Notes: generated by a model not told the origin, from the letters alone. Positions 9,624-18,958 are shown, counted from the stretch's first letter. The stretch is 33,822 bases of DNA from Fidelibacterota bacterium (GCA_049975265.1 JBNGDF010000028.1:1-33822); one strand, 5' to 3'. Translations and numbers: made by a program.

Positions 9624-12083
9624 ATGAGACATCGTTTTTTATTTTTAATGCTGCTATTCCAGATTTTCATGCTGGCTTCTCCACAGATTATCAAAGCAGA
9701 CCCCGGTCCTGCATTCCGTGGTTCGATTAAAGGCTTCGTTTATGACAGTAAAAACAACAAACCGGTCGAATATGCCAACGTCGTTCTGTACGGGCAGCAA
9801 ACCCACGAACAGGTAACCGGTACAATAACCGATGTGCATGGCTATTTTTACCTGAATGAACTCCGTCCGGGCATGTATATCCTGGAGATTAAATTCATCG
9901 GTTTTGATGCATTTCACATGGACAGTCTCGTGATTCGTCCCGGTACCGGCGAGGTCGACCTGGGTCGAATCGAGATTACTCCGGACGTGCTTGCCATGGG
10001 CAGTGTCGAAGTAGTCGGAGAAAAACCGATTATTGAGTTTCAAATCGATAAAAAGGTAATTAATGTCAGTCAACAGCTCACCTCTCTCTCCGGAACGGCT
10101 GTAGACGTTCTCGAAAATGTCCCCTCGGTCAGCGTCGATATCGAGGGCAATGTCAGTTTGCGGGGCAGTGGCAGTTTTAATCTGCTGATTGATGGACGTC
10201 CGTCAATTCTGGACGCCAACGATGCACTCCAGACCATCCCGGCGAGTTCAATTGAAAACATAGAAATCGTTACCAATCCTTCGGCGAAATACGATCCCGA
10301 CGGCGTTGCCGGTGTCATTAACATTATCACTAAAAAATCCGAAAAGACCGGGATTGCCGGTCTCGTAAATACCAGTATGGGAACCTTCGGCAATCACAGT
10401 GTTGACTTTTTATTAAATTTCCAAAAAAAGAGAATTGGTTACTTTATCGGCGCTGATTACGGGAATCGCAATTTCCCGGGCAATATGATCCGTGAGACCC
10501 GAACTTACCGGGCTGACACGACTACTTATGATTTATACGATGGAGAATCGGAATGGAGCCGAAAGTCACTCGGTCTGCGTGGCGGAATCGATTTTCAGCT
10601 GACAGATTCCGATCTGCTGCGGCTCAGTCTGAGCTATGGTGACCACAGCGGGGGACGCGATTCCGAAACCGAACATCTGATTTATGAAGTTCCCGGTAGT
10701 GATACCACCGTTTTAATCAGCAATGGTGAATCGAATCGCAGTGGTGCTTTTTATTCACTTAATCTGGATTACCGCCACAAATTTAAAAAAGAGGGGCACG
10801 AATTGAGTAGCCAGGTTGACCTTGGTCGGCGTGATGGTGAAGAAAAAGCTCTCAGCGAAGAATATAATGAAAATGGTACGCTTAATTTCGGACAACGCTC
10901 CACTGAAGCGGGACCGGGTAATAGAATCCGTTATAAACTGGACTATGTGTTACCGCTGCAAAATGAACATAAAATCGAAGCCGGTTACCAATCCCGATAC
11001 AGCGTCTCCGTGGATGATAACACCATGGATAGCTGGAATGCCGACAGCAATACCTACGTCCCAAACCTGAATTATTACCGGAAAACCGACTATACACGCG
11101 CAATTCAGTCGCTTTATCTGATTTATGCGGGGCAAACCGGCAATTTCGGCTATCAGGGTGGATTGCGGGGAGAATATACCTTACAGCATATTGAAATGTC
11201 CGGTGAGATGGACGATTTTTCTTTTGAAGAATGGGACATCTATCCGACTCTGCATGCCTCCTATTCTTTTGATAACGGACAACAGCTGATGGCTAGCTAT
11301 ACGCGACGGATTGATCGGGTCAGGGGCTGGTACCTGGAACCTTTTGAGACCTGGATGGATGCTAAAAATGTACGCCGCGGCAACGCCAGTCTGAATCCTG
11401 AATATATTGACTCATACGAAACCGGTTATCAAAAAACTTTCGGAAAATCGCTGCTGTCGGTTGAAACATATTACCGCATCACCCATAATAAAATCGAAAG
11501 GGTTCAGACCCTCTATCCCGGAGGCGAGGGTATTATTTTACATACCTATGATAATATTGGCAAAGATTATGCCTTCGGTACTGAAACAATGCTTACCTTG
11601 ATCCCGGTTCGGTGGTGGAACCTCAATCTCATGGGTAATCTGTACAACTACCGTGTTAAGGGTGTTCTTTATAGCGATCCGTTTGATGAGAGCAGTTTCA
11701 ACTGGAGTCTGCGTCTAAATAATACTTTTAAACTCGGGAAATCGAGCCGGATTCAGTTTAGCGCCAATTACCGCAGCCCGACAGTCAGTGCCCAAGGAAG
11801 GGATGGCGAGATGTTTTTTACAAATCTGGCTTTCCGGCAGGAATTTCTCGATCGGAAATTGTCGGCAACAGTGCAAATCCGTGACCTGCTTGGAACTGCA
11901 TCCCACTATCATAAAAAAGAGGGTTCCAACTTTTATTCCTACAGCCGCTTTGAGCGTCAGCCACGCATGCTATCCTTTACTCTGACTTATAATATCAATA
12001 ACTATAAAAAAGAACGCGATCGTAACGGCAGTCAGGAAAACGGTATCGAATTTGAAGATGATAACGACATCGGATTCGAATAA
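9624..12083 (+). CDS. TonB-dependent receptor / outer-membrane beta-barrel protein with N-terminal carboxypeptidase-regulatory-like domain
   Basis: Signal peptide, IKGFVYD..PVEYANV, plug motifs DVLENVPSVSVD and IENIEIVTNPSAKYDPDGVAGVINIITK, barrel motif RGNASLNPE; AGGAG RBS. Confidence 0.92.
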   Translation: MRHRFLFLMLLFQIFMLASPQIIKADPGPAFRGSIKGFVYDSKNNKPVEYANVVLYGQQTHEQVTGTITDVHGYFYLNELRPGMYILEIKFIGFDAFHMDSLVIRPGTGEVDLGRIEITPDVLAMGSVEVVGEKPIIEFQIDKKVINVSQQLTSLSGTAVDVLENVPSVSVDIEGNVSLRGSGSFNLLIDGRPSILDANDALQTIPASSIENIEIVTNPSAKYDPDGVAGVINIITKKSEKTGIAGLVNTSMGTFGNHSVDFLLNFQKKRIGYFIGADYGNRNFPGNMIRETRTYRADTTTYDLYDGESEWSRKSLGLRGGIDFQLTDSDLLRLSLSYGDHSGGRDSETEHLIYEVPGSDTTVLISNGESNRSGAFYSLNLDYRHKFKKEGHELSSQVDLGRRDGEEKALSEEYNENGTLNFGQRSTEAGPGNRIRYKLDYVLPLQNEHKIEAGYQSRYSVSVDDNTMDSWNADSNTYVPNLNYYRKTDYTRAIQSLYLIYAGQTGNFGYQGGLRGEYTLQHIEMSGEMDDFSFEEWDIYPTLHASYSFDNGQQLMASYTRRIDRVRGWYLEPFETWMDAKNVRRGNASLNPEYIDSYETGYQKTFGKSLLSVETYYRITHNKIERVQTLYPGGEGIILHTYDNIGKDYAFGTETMLTLIPVRWWNLNLMGNLYNYRVKGVLYSDPFDESSFNWSLRLNNTFKLGKSSRIQFSANYRSPTVSAQGRDGEMFFTNLAFRQEFLDRKLSATVQIRDLLGTASHYHKKEGSNFYSYSRFERQPRMLSFTLTYNINNYKKERDRNGSQENGIEFEDDNDIGFE

Positions 12084-12111
12084 ATCCTAACACGGCTTAT
12101 CACAATTGAAG

Positions 12112-12142
12112 ATGCGAAAGTTGATCCCTTCGCATATTTTTA
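12112..12142 (+). terminator. Probable intrinsic terminator after the TonB-dependent receptor gene
   Basis: Stem ATGCGAA(12112-18)/TTCGCAT(12129-35) followed by ATTTTT. Confidence 0.55.
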
Positions 12143-12151
12143 TCTTTTACC

Positions 12152-12180
12152 TTGACAGCCAGTATTTATCTTTTTATATT
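12152..12180 (+). promoter_or_regulatory. Sigma70-type promoter of the ars operon
   Basis: TTGACA (12152-57), exactly 17 bp, then TATATT (12175-80), 41 bp upstream of the arsR ATG. Confidence 0.75.
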
Positions 12181-12197
12181 TCGCCAATTGTCGAAAT
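12178..12197. promoter_or_regulatory. Putative ArsR operator
   Basis: Near-perfect palindrome ATTTCGCCAATTGTCGAAAT (18/20 symmetric) overlapping the -10 box and predicted transcription start, the usual position for ArsR/SmtB autorepression. Confidence 0.65.
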
Positions 12198-12221
12198 GAC
12201 AATAGAAATAAGGGAGATGAT

Positions 12222-12572
12222 ATGCGTGACCATACAAAAATTTTTAAAGCCTTATCGGATGAAGGACGCCTTCGAATTCTGAATTTGCTGGCTCAGAAAC
12301 CGCTCTGTGTTTGCGAAATTACCGAAATCCTGCAGCTGGCGACATCAACGGTTTCAAAGCATCTGTCAATTCTGCGTGAAGCCGGTTTCATCATTGATAA
12401 AAAGGACGGCAAATGGGTTAATTACTATCTGAATGATGCCGCTGACAAACAAATCAGATCTCTCACCACCCTGTTGAATGAATGGCTTAAGGAAAATGAA
12501 ACCGTCGGAGAAGATTTAGCAAAATTGGCAACTGTCAACCGGAATAAAATCTGTGGAGTAAAACATTTATGA
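12222..12572 (+). CDS. arsR: ArsR/SmtB family arsenic-responsive repressor
   Basis: FKALSDEGRLRIL, LCVCEI (As(III)-binding Cys motif), STVSKHLSILREAG, GKWVNYYL. Confidence 0.93.
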   Translation: MRDHTKIFKALSDEGRLRILNLLAQKPLCVCEITEILQLATSTVSKHLSILREAGFIIDKKDGKWVNYYLNDAADKQIRSLTTLLNEWLKENETVGEDLAKLATVNRNKICGVKHL

Positions 12573-13870
12573 ACTGGAAAGACGAATATAAAAAACTGCT
12601 CTGGATTATCGCTGTGTTTCTGGCGGCTTTTTATCTGCCGGTCGGCAACACCCGTTTTACCCTGGCAATTTACGAGGCACTCAGTCTGGTGAAATGGTAT
12701 GCCCGGGAGCATGTGCTACTTTGTCTCGTTCCGGCGTTTTTCATTGCCGGTGTGATTTCGGTATTTGTCAGCCAGAATGCCGTCGTAAAGTATTTTGGCG
12801 CCACTGCGAAAAAATGGCTGGCGTACGCCGTGGCATCGGTTTCCGGGACAATTTTAGCGGTCTGCTCCTGCACCATCCTACCCCTTTTTTCCGGGATTTA
12901 CCGGCGCGGTGCCGGGCTTGGACCGGCGATTGCTTTTCTTTACAGCGGTCCCGCGATCAATATCCTGGCAATCATTCTGACGGCGCGGATTCTGGGCGCT
13001 GAGTTGGGCATAGCACGCGTGGTTGGCGCTGTGTTTTTCAGTGTGGTGATTGGTTTTCTGATGCATCTGATCTACTGCAAAGAGGAACAGAATAAGGCAA
13101 ACGCCCATTTGGCAATGCCGGACTCCGGGGGGTCCCGTCCACTCTGGCAGACCGCCATTCATTTCTTTACCCTGGTTTTGATCCTCATTTTTGTCAACTG
13201 GGGCAAAACGGACGCCGTTTCGGGAGTCTGGCATTTAATTTATAACCATAAATGGCTGATCACCGGAATTTTCGGAATCGGGCTCATCTTTTCAATGATT
13301 TTTATCGTTAAAATTAAAGCAATCCAGGTGCTTCTGGCATCCCTGCCGGTGTTTGCTTTGGCAATCATTTTTCCTTCAACTCCGGTACTGGCTTTCGTCG
13401 CCGCAGTCATCGGCTTAACAATTTTATTATCGATCAATGAAGATGAACCGTCGGAGTGGATGTCCGCCAGCTGGGGATTTGCCAAACAGATTTTGCCGCT
13501 GTTGGCGGTAGGTGTACTAGTTGCCGGATTTCTGCTGGGTGGTCCGGAAAACGGGCAGGGCATCATTCCCAATCATTGGGTGTCCGGATTGGTCGGCGGC
13601 AATTCTATATTATCCAACTTCTTTGCATCCATCGCCGGCGCATTCATGTATTTTGCCACATTAACTGAGGTACCGATTCTGCAGGGATTGCTCGCCAGCG
13701 GGATGGGTAAAGGTCCCGCGCTGGCGCTGCTATTAGCCGGGCCGGCACTCTCGCTGCCGAATATGCTGGTCATTCGCAGCGTCATTGGCACCCAGAAAAC
13801 CATCGTCTACGTCAGCCTGGTCATCGTCATGGCAACCATTTCCGGTCTAATTTACGGAAGTATTTTATAG
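12569..13870 (+). CDS. DUF318/ArsP-family permease
   Basis: ATGA overlap with arsR; motifs LAVCSCTILPLF, FLYSGPAIN, MYFATLTEVP, LLLAGPALSLP. Confidence 0.88.
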   Translation: MNWKDEYKKLLWIIAVFLAAFYLPVGNTRFTLAIYEALSLVKWYAREHVLLCLVPAFFIAGVISVFVSQNAVVKYFGATAKKWLAYAVASVSGTILAVCSCTILPLFSGIYRRGAGLGPAIAFLYSGPAINILAIILTARILGAELGIARVVGAVFFSVVIGFLMHLIYCKEEQNKANAHLAMPDSGGSRPLWQTAIHFFTLVLILIFVNWGKTDAVSGVWHLIYNHKWLITGIFGIGLIFSMIFIVKIKAIQVLLASLPVFALAIIFPSTPVLAFVAAVIGLTILLSINEDEPSEWMSASWGFAKQILPLLAVGVLVAGFLLGGPENGQGIIPNHWVSGLVGGNSILSNFFASIAGAFMYFATLTEVPILQGLLASGMGKGPALALLLAGPALSLPNMLVIRSVIGTQKTIVYVSLVIVMATISGLIYGSIL

Positions 13871-13901
13871 ACAAGATTAACTTGATTAACATGATGTATT
13901 T
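13870..13901 (-). repeat. Inverted copy of the GxxExxY-associated repeat (left boundary of the cassette)
   Basis: The reverse complement AAATACATCATGTTAATCAAGTTAATCTTGTC resembles 13996-14026 (AAATACATCCTGTCAATCCTG...) and the last downstream copy (GTTATCTTGTC, 14628-38). Confidence 0.6.
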
Positions 13902-14000
13902 AATAAAAATGCAGAATCAGCAGAGCAAAAGGAAATATTTAATACGTGTGTAAGCAGAAATGAACTTTAGCCGAAGATTGACAACACAATTAGAAAAATA

Positions 14001-14102
14001 CATCCTGTCAATCCTGTCATCCTGTAAGGAGTAACATCATGAGCATCCTGTTATCATGTCAGAATGCACATCATGAGTATCCTGTTATACTATCAAAAAT
14101 AA
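14001..14102 (+). repeat. Three diverged 34-bp tandem repeats upstream of the GxxExxY gene
   Basis: Units start at 14001, 14035 and 14069: CATCCTGTCAATCCTGTCATCCTGTA.., CATCATGAGCATCCTGTTATCATGTCA.., CATCATGAGTATCCTGTTATACTATCA.. Confidence 0.8.
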
Positions 14103-14112
14103 GGAGGTTTCG

Positions 14113-14499
14113 ATGGAAATCAACGAATTCACTAAAAAGATTATCGGCTGTGCCTTCACGGTTTACAACCAAATGGGGTTCGGTTTCTTGGAATCTGTCT
14201 ATGGAAAATGCCTGCAAATAGAACTGAACAAGCAGCATATTCCAGCCGAATTTAAGAAACCCATCAAGGTATTTTACGATGGTATAAATGTCGGCGATTT
14301 TATAGCCGATATTGTCGTTGATAATTCCATTATTGTCGAGCTAAAATCGGTGACGAAACTAACTAAGATTCACGAAGCCCAGCTGGTTAATTACCTGACC
14401 GCCACCGGCATTGAAAACGGTCTTTTAATCAATTTCGGTCAGCAGAACGTCGAAGTAAAGCGCAAATTCAAAACCTATCGTAACACAAAAAACAAATGA
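14113..14499 (+). CDS. GxxExxY protein (PD-(D/E)XK nuclease superfamily)
   Basis: 128 aa with GFLESVY (GxxExxY), ADIVVDNSIIVELK (D..ExK), HEAQLVNYL and GLLINFG; strong AAGGAGG RBS. Confidence 0.93.
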   Translation: MEINEFTKKIIGCAFTVYNQMGFGFLESVYGKCLQIELNKQHIPAEFKKPIKVFYDGINVGDFIADIVVDNSIIVELKSVTKLTKIHEAQLVNYLTATGIENGLLINFGQQNVEVKRKFKTYRNTKNK

Positions 14500-14505
14500 A
14501 ACCAT

Positions 14506-14641
14506 AATATCATGCCTATCCTGTTATCCTGTCAAAAGGAATATCATGCCTATCCTGTTATCCTGTCAAAAGGAATATCATGCCTATCCTGTTATCCTGT
14601 CAAAAAAAAATGAACCAAGAAAATCCTGTTATCTTGTCAAA
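14506..14641 (+). repeat. Three near-identical 34-bp tandem repeats plus a degenerate fourth, downstream of the GxxExxY gene
   Basis: AATATCATGCCTATCCTGTTATCCTGTCAAAAGG at 14506 and 14540, the first 32 bp again at 14574, and a partial ATCCTGTTATCTTGTCAAA at 14623. Confidence 0.92.
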
Positions 14642-14653
14642 CAAGGGAACATT

Positions 14654-15076
14654 ATGAAAATACTCATTCTCTGCACCGGAAATTCCTGCCGCAGTCAGAT
14701 GGCGGCGGCGTTTCTTAAAAATTATGATCCATCTTTATCCGTCTACTCCGCCGGTACGGAACCCGCAGAAAGAGTCAATCATCACGCGATTAAGGTAATG
14801 GCGGAGATTGGGATTGATATTTCGAAGAATAAGACCCATCACGTTGATGAATATCTGAACGACGATTTCGACTATGTCATTACCGTTTGTGGTGGCGCAA
14901 AAGAAAGCTGTCCGGCATTTTTCGGCAATGTCAAACAACGCCTGCACATGGGTTTTGACGATCCTGCGGAGACGACCGGGTCTGCGGAAGAAATATTAGC
15001 GGTTTTTCGTCGGGTCAGGGATGAAATTCAAACCCAATTTTTAAAATTCTATAACACATTAAATAATAAGGAGTAA
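14654..15076 (+). CDS. arsC: Arsenate reductase, thioredoxin-coupled (LMW-PTP fold)
   Basis: MKILILCTGNSCRSQMA P-loop, SAGT, VITVC...CP and FDDPA. The real start is ATG 14654; the ORF-track extension to 14546 only reads through the repeats. Confidence 0.93.
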   Translation: MKILILCTGNSCRSQMAAAFLKNYDPSLSVYSAGTEPAERVNHHAIKVMAEIGIDISKNKTHHVDEYLNDDFDYVITVCGGAKESCPAFFGNVKQRLHMGFDDPAETTGSAEEILAVFRRVRDEIQTQFLKFYNTLNNKE

Positions 15077-15080
15077 TCAT

Positions 15081-15329
15081 ATGTTGAAAGTCATCGTTCT
15101 TGGATCGGGTTGTCCGAATTGTAAAAAAGTCGAGCAACTGTGTTACGATGTTGCTACCGAAAACAACCTGGATATGAACCTGGAAAAAATTACGGATTTT
15201 CAAAAATTCGCCGATTACGGGATCATGTTCACTCCCGGCTTAGTGATCAATGGGAAAGTCATGGCGAGCGGCAAAATCCCCACCAAAGCCACCCTGACAC
15301 ACTGGATGATCGAAGCCAACAAAGAATAA
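15081..15329 (+). CDS. Small redox-active disulfide protein (thioredoxin_3/MTH895-like)
   Basis: VLGSGCPNC and YGIMFTPGLVINGKV..GKIP; AAGGAG RBS. Confidence 0.9.
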   Translation: MLKVIVLGSGCPNCKKVEQLCYDVATENNLDMNLEKITDFQKFADYGIMFTPGLVINGKVMASGKIPTKATLTHWMIEANKE

Positions 15330-15365
15330 CTATTAGTCGAATCGCAATAACAAAAAGAGAGAATT

Positions 15366-15797
15366 ATGAGATCAATTCGCTATCTACCCCTTATCTTGAC
15401 GGTGATTTTTCTGATTGCATGTAAATCCAATGGCACCCCACCGCCACCTCAGAGCAATCCAGGTCCGGCTGCCGATATCAAAACTGAGAATCCAACCAAA
15501 ACAGAACAAAAAACCAAATCGCTGGTAACTTTTATTGAACTTGGTTCTATAAACTGTATCCCCTGCAAGCAGATGCAGCCGGTAATGAAAGCCATCGAGG
15601 AAAAATACCCTGAAAAGGTCAAAGTGGTTTTTTATGATGTCTGGACCCAGGCTGGGCGTCCCTATGCCCAGCAGTATGGAATCCGGGTAATTCCAACCCA
15701 GGTCTTTCTGGATGAAAATGGTAAGGAATTTTTCCGGCATGAAGGCTTTTTCCCCTTGGCGGAAATCGAAAAACTGCTGAAAGATAAAGGCGTCTAA
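15366..15797 (+). CDS. Thioredoxin-fold lipoprotein
   Basis: Lipobox LIAC, Pro-rich linker, CIPC active site and IPTQVF cis-Pro motif. Confidence 0.87.
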   Translation: MRSIRYLPLILTVIFLIACKSNGTPPPPQSNPGPAADIKTENPTKTEQKTKSLVTFIELGSINCIPCKQMQPVMKAIEEKYPEKVKVVFYDVWTQAGRPYAQQYGIRVIPTQVFLDENGKEFFRHEGFFPLAEIEKLLKDKGV

Positions 15798-16495
15798 TGA
15801 TCGGAACGCTCTTTCATATTTTATCGCAGGCATTGAATGACTCCCCGGTTATTGCGCTACTGGCGGCTTTTGCCTGGGGAATCCTGAGCATCCTGTTGAG
15901 TCTCTGTCACCTTTCCAGCATTCCACTGATCATCGGATTCATCAACGGGCAGGGCAATGTCACCACCTGGCGGGCGTTCTGGCTCTCCCTGCTGTTTTCC
16001 ACTGGCATCCTGATCACGATCGGACTGATCGGCGTCATTACCGGTCTGCTGGGTCGAATGCTGGGTGATGTCGGACAGTTTGGGAATTATTTCGTCGCCG
16101 TTATATTTTTCCTTGTGGGACTTTATCTGCTGGATGTGATTTCGCTGAATTTTTTCTCAGCGCCCGATCCATCGAAAATCAAGAAGCGCGGAATGCTGGC
16201 GGCATTCATTCTCGGACTGATTTTCGGCATTGCGCTCGGTCCCTGCACCTTCGCCTATATGGCTCCGATTCTGGCAATTGTCCTGAGTACCGCCGGAACA
16301 AAACTCATTTTCAGTATTCTGTTGCTGGTTATGTATGGAGTCGGACACTGCTCGGTCATTGTATTGGCGGGAACTTTCACCGAAGCCCTGCAGCGTTATC
16401 TGAATTGGAGCGCCGAATCCAAAGGCGCCAAATGGCTGAAAAAAATCTGCGGCGTCCTGGTCATTCTTGGCGGTGTTTATCTACTGTTTAGCTAG
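15797..16495 (+). CDS. ccdA: CcdA/DsbD-type transmembrane electron transporter
   Basis: About six TM segments with two Cys motifs (SLCH and GPCT); coupled to the thioredoxin gene by a TAATG overlap. Confidence 0.82.
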   Translation: MIGTLFHILSQALNDSPVIALLAAFAWGILSILLSLCHLSSIPLIIGFINGQGNVTTWRAFWLSLLFSTGILITIGLIGVITGLLGRMLGDVGQFGNYFVAVIFFLVGLYLLDVISLNFFSAPDPSKIKKRGMLAAFILGLIFGIALGPCTFAYMAPILAIVLSTAGTKLIFSILLLVMYGVGHCSVIVLAGTFTEALQRYLNWSAESKGAKWLKKICGVLVILGGVYLLFS

Positions 16496-16503
16496 GAGGC
16501 TTT

Positions 16504-17595
16504 ATGGTTGCTGAAAAGAAACTGAATATATTTGAAAAGTATCTGACGCTCTGGGTGCTGCTCTGTATCGCCGGTGGAATTTTGCTGGGTAAAATCGCAC
16601 CCGGTGCGGCACTTAAACTGGATGCTATGTCAGTTTATCAGGTTTCGATCCCAATCGCCATCTGCCTGTTCTTCATGATGTACCCGATCATGGTAAAAAT
16701 TGATTTTTCTGAAGTCGTCAAAGCCGCCAAAACCCCCAAACCGGTAGCAATGACGCTCGTCGTCAACTGGGCAATCAAGCCCTTCACAATGTACCTGTTT
16801 GCTTACCTGTTTCTCGGAGTCCTTTTTAAAAAATGCCTGCCTGGAACAGAAATCATCAAAACTGGTCAGGAGGTCGAACTCTGGCGCAGTTACATTTCCG
16901 GGGCGATTCTGCTCGGGATTGCGCCCTGCACCGCCATGGTGCTAATGTGGAGTTACTTGGCGAAAGGCAACGATGGGCTGACGCTCGTGATGGTGGCGAT
17001 CAACTCGCTTACCATGCTTTTCCTCTATGCGCCGCTAGGCGGATTCCTGCTGGGTGTCAACGCCATGCCGATTCCCTGGCAGACGATTCTGCTGTCTGTT
17101 GGGATTTATGTGGCTCTGCCGCTGATCGCCGGCTATTTCTCCCGTAAATGGATCATCCATTCCAAAGGGCTGGAATGGTTTAACGAGAAATTTATCCATT
17201 ATCTGACACCCGTAAGCACTGTGGCGTTGCTGGTGACGCTGATTCTGCTATTTTCCTTCAAAGGCGAGATCATCGTCAAAAATCCGCTAACCATTTTCTG
17301 GATTGCGATTCCGCTTTTCATTCAGACGATTTTTATTTACAGCATTGGCTACTTTTTGTTTTCCCGTTGGCTAAAACTTTCCTATGAAGATGCAGCGCCG
17401 GCTTCCATGATCGGCGCATCGAATCACTTCGAAGTAGCCATCGCCACGGCCACGATGCTCTTCGGGCTATCGTCCGGAGCAGCGCTGGCAACAGTTGTGG
17501 GCGTTCTGATTGAAGTGCCGGTCATGCTGATGCTGGTCTCGATCAGCAAGAAGTATTGTAATCTTTTTCATGAATGTCATTTAAACCGAAACTAA
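16504..17595 (+). CDS. acr3: Acr3 arsenite efflux transporter
   Basis: [39 protein letters not shown] and [19 protein letters not shown]. Confidence 0.95.
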   Translation: MVAEKKLNIFEKYLTLWVLLCIAGGILLGKIAPGAALKLDAMSVYQVSIPIAICLFFMMYPIMVKIDFSEVVKAAKTPKPVAMTLVVNWAIKPFTMYLFAYLFLGVLFKKCLPGTEIIKTGQEVELWRSYISGAILLGIAPCTAMVLMWSYLAKGNDGLTLVMVAINSLTMLFLYAPLGGFLLGVNAMPIPWQTILLSVGIYVALPLIAGYFSRKWIIHSKGLEWFNEKFIHYLTPVSTVALLVTLILLFSFKGEIIVKNPLTIFWIAIPLFIQTIFIYSIGYFLFSRWLKLSYEDAAPASMIGASNHFEVAIATATMLFGLSSGAALATVVGVLIEVPVMLMLVSISKKYCNLFHECHLNRN

Positions 17596-17619
17596 CGCCA
17601 CTCTAAAGATAGTATCAAA

Positions 17620-18102
17620 ATGAATTCAACAGCGATCATCATTAATAGTTTTGCCGTTGCCGGACTGATCATCTCATTGATCGTCAACAAGCGCAAGACA
17701 GCGCAAGCGCTGAAGATTGCCCTGCAATCCTTTTTCAAAATTCTCCCCCAGGTGCTGTTGATCGTGGTGCTCATCGGACTATTTATGAGTTTTCTGACGC
17801 CTTCAGTAATTTCCAACCTGCTGGGAAAGCAAAGTGGAATTTTCGGGATTCTGCTGACGGCTTTGCTCGGTGCGGTTATGCACATCCCTTCGATTGTCGC
17901 CTTTCCGCTGGCAGCCTCTTTGCTTGAAAAAGGCGCCGCCGTAACGACAATTGCCACCTTTATCGCTACTCTGACCATGATCGGGATTGTCACCTTTCCC
18001 TTGGAAATCAAAGAGTTGGGTAAGAAATTCGCTCTCTGGCGCAACGGACTCAGCTTCGTTTTTGCGATTCTGGTCGGCATTCTGATGGGGGTGATTCTAT
18101 GA
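17620..18102 (+). CDS. Small DUF318-like permease, subunit 1
   Basis: Hydrophobic 160 aa with HIPSIVAFPLAASLL, TLTMIG and PLEIKELGKKFA..RN. Confidence 0.75.
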   Translation: MNSTAIIINSFAVAGLIISLIVNKRKTAQALKIALQSFFKILPQVLLIVVLIGLFMSFLTPSVISNLLGKQSGIFGILLTALLGAVMHIPSIVAFPLAASLLEKGAAVTTIATFIATLTMIGIVTFPLEIKELGKKFALWRNGLSFVFAILVGILMGVIL

Positions 18103-18659
18103 AACCGCAACCAACTCAAAAGTCGAAACCGACTCAACATACTGATTGGCTGATTCTGGCAATTGCGGTTATAGCGGGCCTTGTCCTCTTACTTATTTTT
18201 CCAGAGAAACAGGAAATCGCCGGTATGACCGCAAGGCGTTTTGCGACGGAGATGTTTACCATTCTCCCGGCGGTGCTAATTTTAATGGGATTATTCGCCG
18301 TCTGGGTATCGAAAGAGACAGTGATGCAATATCTGGGCAAAAGCGCCGGGTTAAAAGGCATTGCGCTGGCGCTGTTCTTCGGGGCATTGCCCACCGGACC
18401 GCTCTATATCGCCTTTCCGATGGCAGCCGGTTTGCGTAAAAAGGGAGCCAGCCTGACTAATGTCGCTATTTTTCTGACTGCCTGGGCTTGTATTAAACTG
18501 CCGCAGGAACTGGTGGAATTGCAGTTTCTGGGGCCACGGTTTATGCTCGCCCGCCTGAGTCTGACAATCCTGGCGGCAGTGGCGATGGGTTTAATCATCG
18601 AAAAAATTGCAACACCGGGCGAACTACCGGACAAACAACCAAAGGAGAATGATCAATGA
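18099..18659 (+). CDS. Small DUF318-like permease, subunit 2
   Basis: ATGA overlap; GPLYIAFPMAAGLRKKGA and AWACIKLPQELVELQFLG. Confidence 0.75.
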   Translation: MKPQPTQKSKPTQHTDWLILAIAVIAGLVLLLIFPEKQEIAGMTARRFATEMFTILPAVLILMGLFAVWVSKETVMQYLGKSAGLKGIALALFFGALPTGPLYIAFPMAAGLRKKGASLTNVAIFLTAWACIKLPQELVELQFLGPRFMLARLSLTILAAVAMGLIIEKIATPGELPDKQPKENDQ

Positions 18660-18958
18660 AGGTATTTGATCTCAAGGCAATGCAAGCCGCTGACTATGCC
18701 GAACGCGGTAAAAATGTGTTCTATAGTACGCCGGAATTCAAAACCCGGATTATCGAACTGCCGGCTGGAGGTACGATGCCGCAATGTGAAATGGCGTCCC
18801 ATGTCGTCTTTGTTGTTGTAGACGGCACGGCGATCGTTACGGTTAATCAACAAGATGCGCCACTGAAAACTGGTCAATGCCTGATCACCGAACCTGCCAC
18901 GATCTCAATGAAAACGGAAAACGGTGTTAAAATCATGGGTATTCAGATTCAAAAATAG
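18656..18958 (+). CDS. Cupin-fold protein
   Basis: 100 aa beta-rich pattern RIIELPAGGTMP..VVFVVVDGTA..LKTGQCL; ATGA overlap and AAGGAG RBS. Confidence 0.75.
   Translation: MKVFDLKAMQAADYAERGKNVFYSTPEFKTRIIELPAGGTMPQCEMASHVVFVVVDGTAIVTVNQQDAPLKTGQCLITEPATISMKTENGVKIMGIQIQK

Noticed and set aside
14001..14641. Repeat arrays as a CRISPR array
   Set aside because: Units are contiguous with only ~8 variable nt, the downstream ones are identical throughout, there are no 25-45-nt unique spacers, and no cas genes are in the window.
14546..14653. 36-aa N-terminal extension of ArsC, and ORF 14039-14221
   Set aside because: Both are read-throughs of the repeat units (M.ILLSCQ...). ArsC homology starts at MKILILC (14654).
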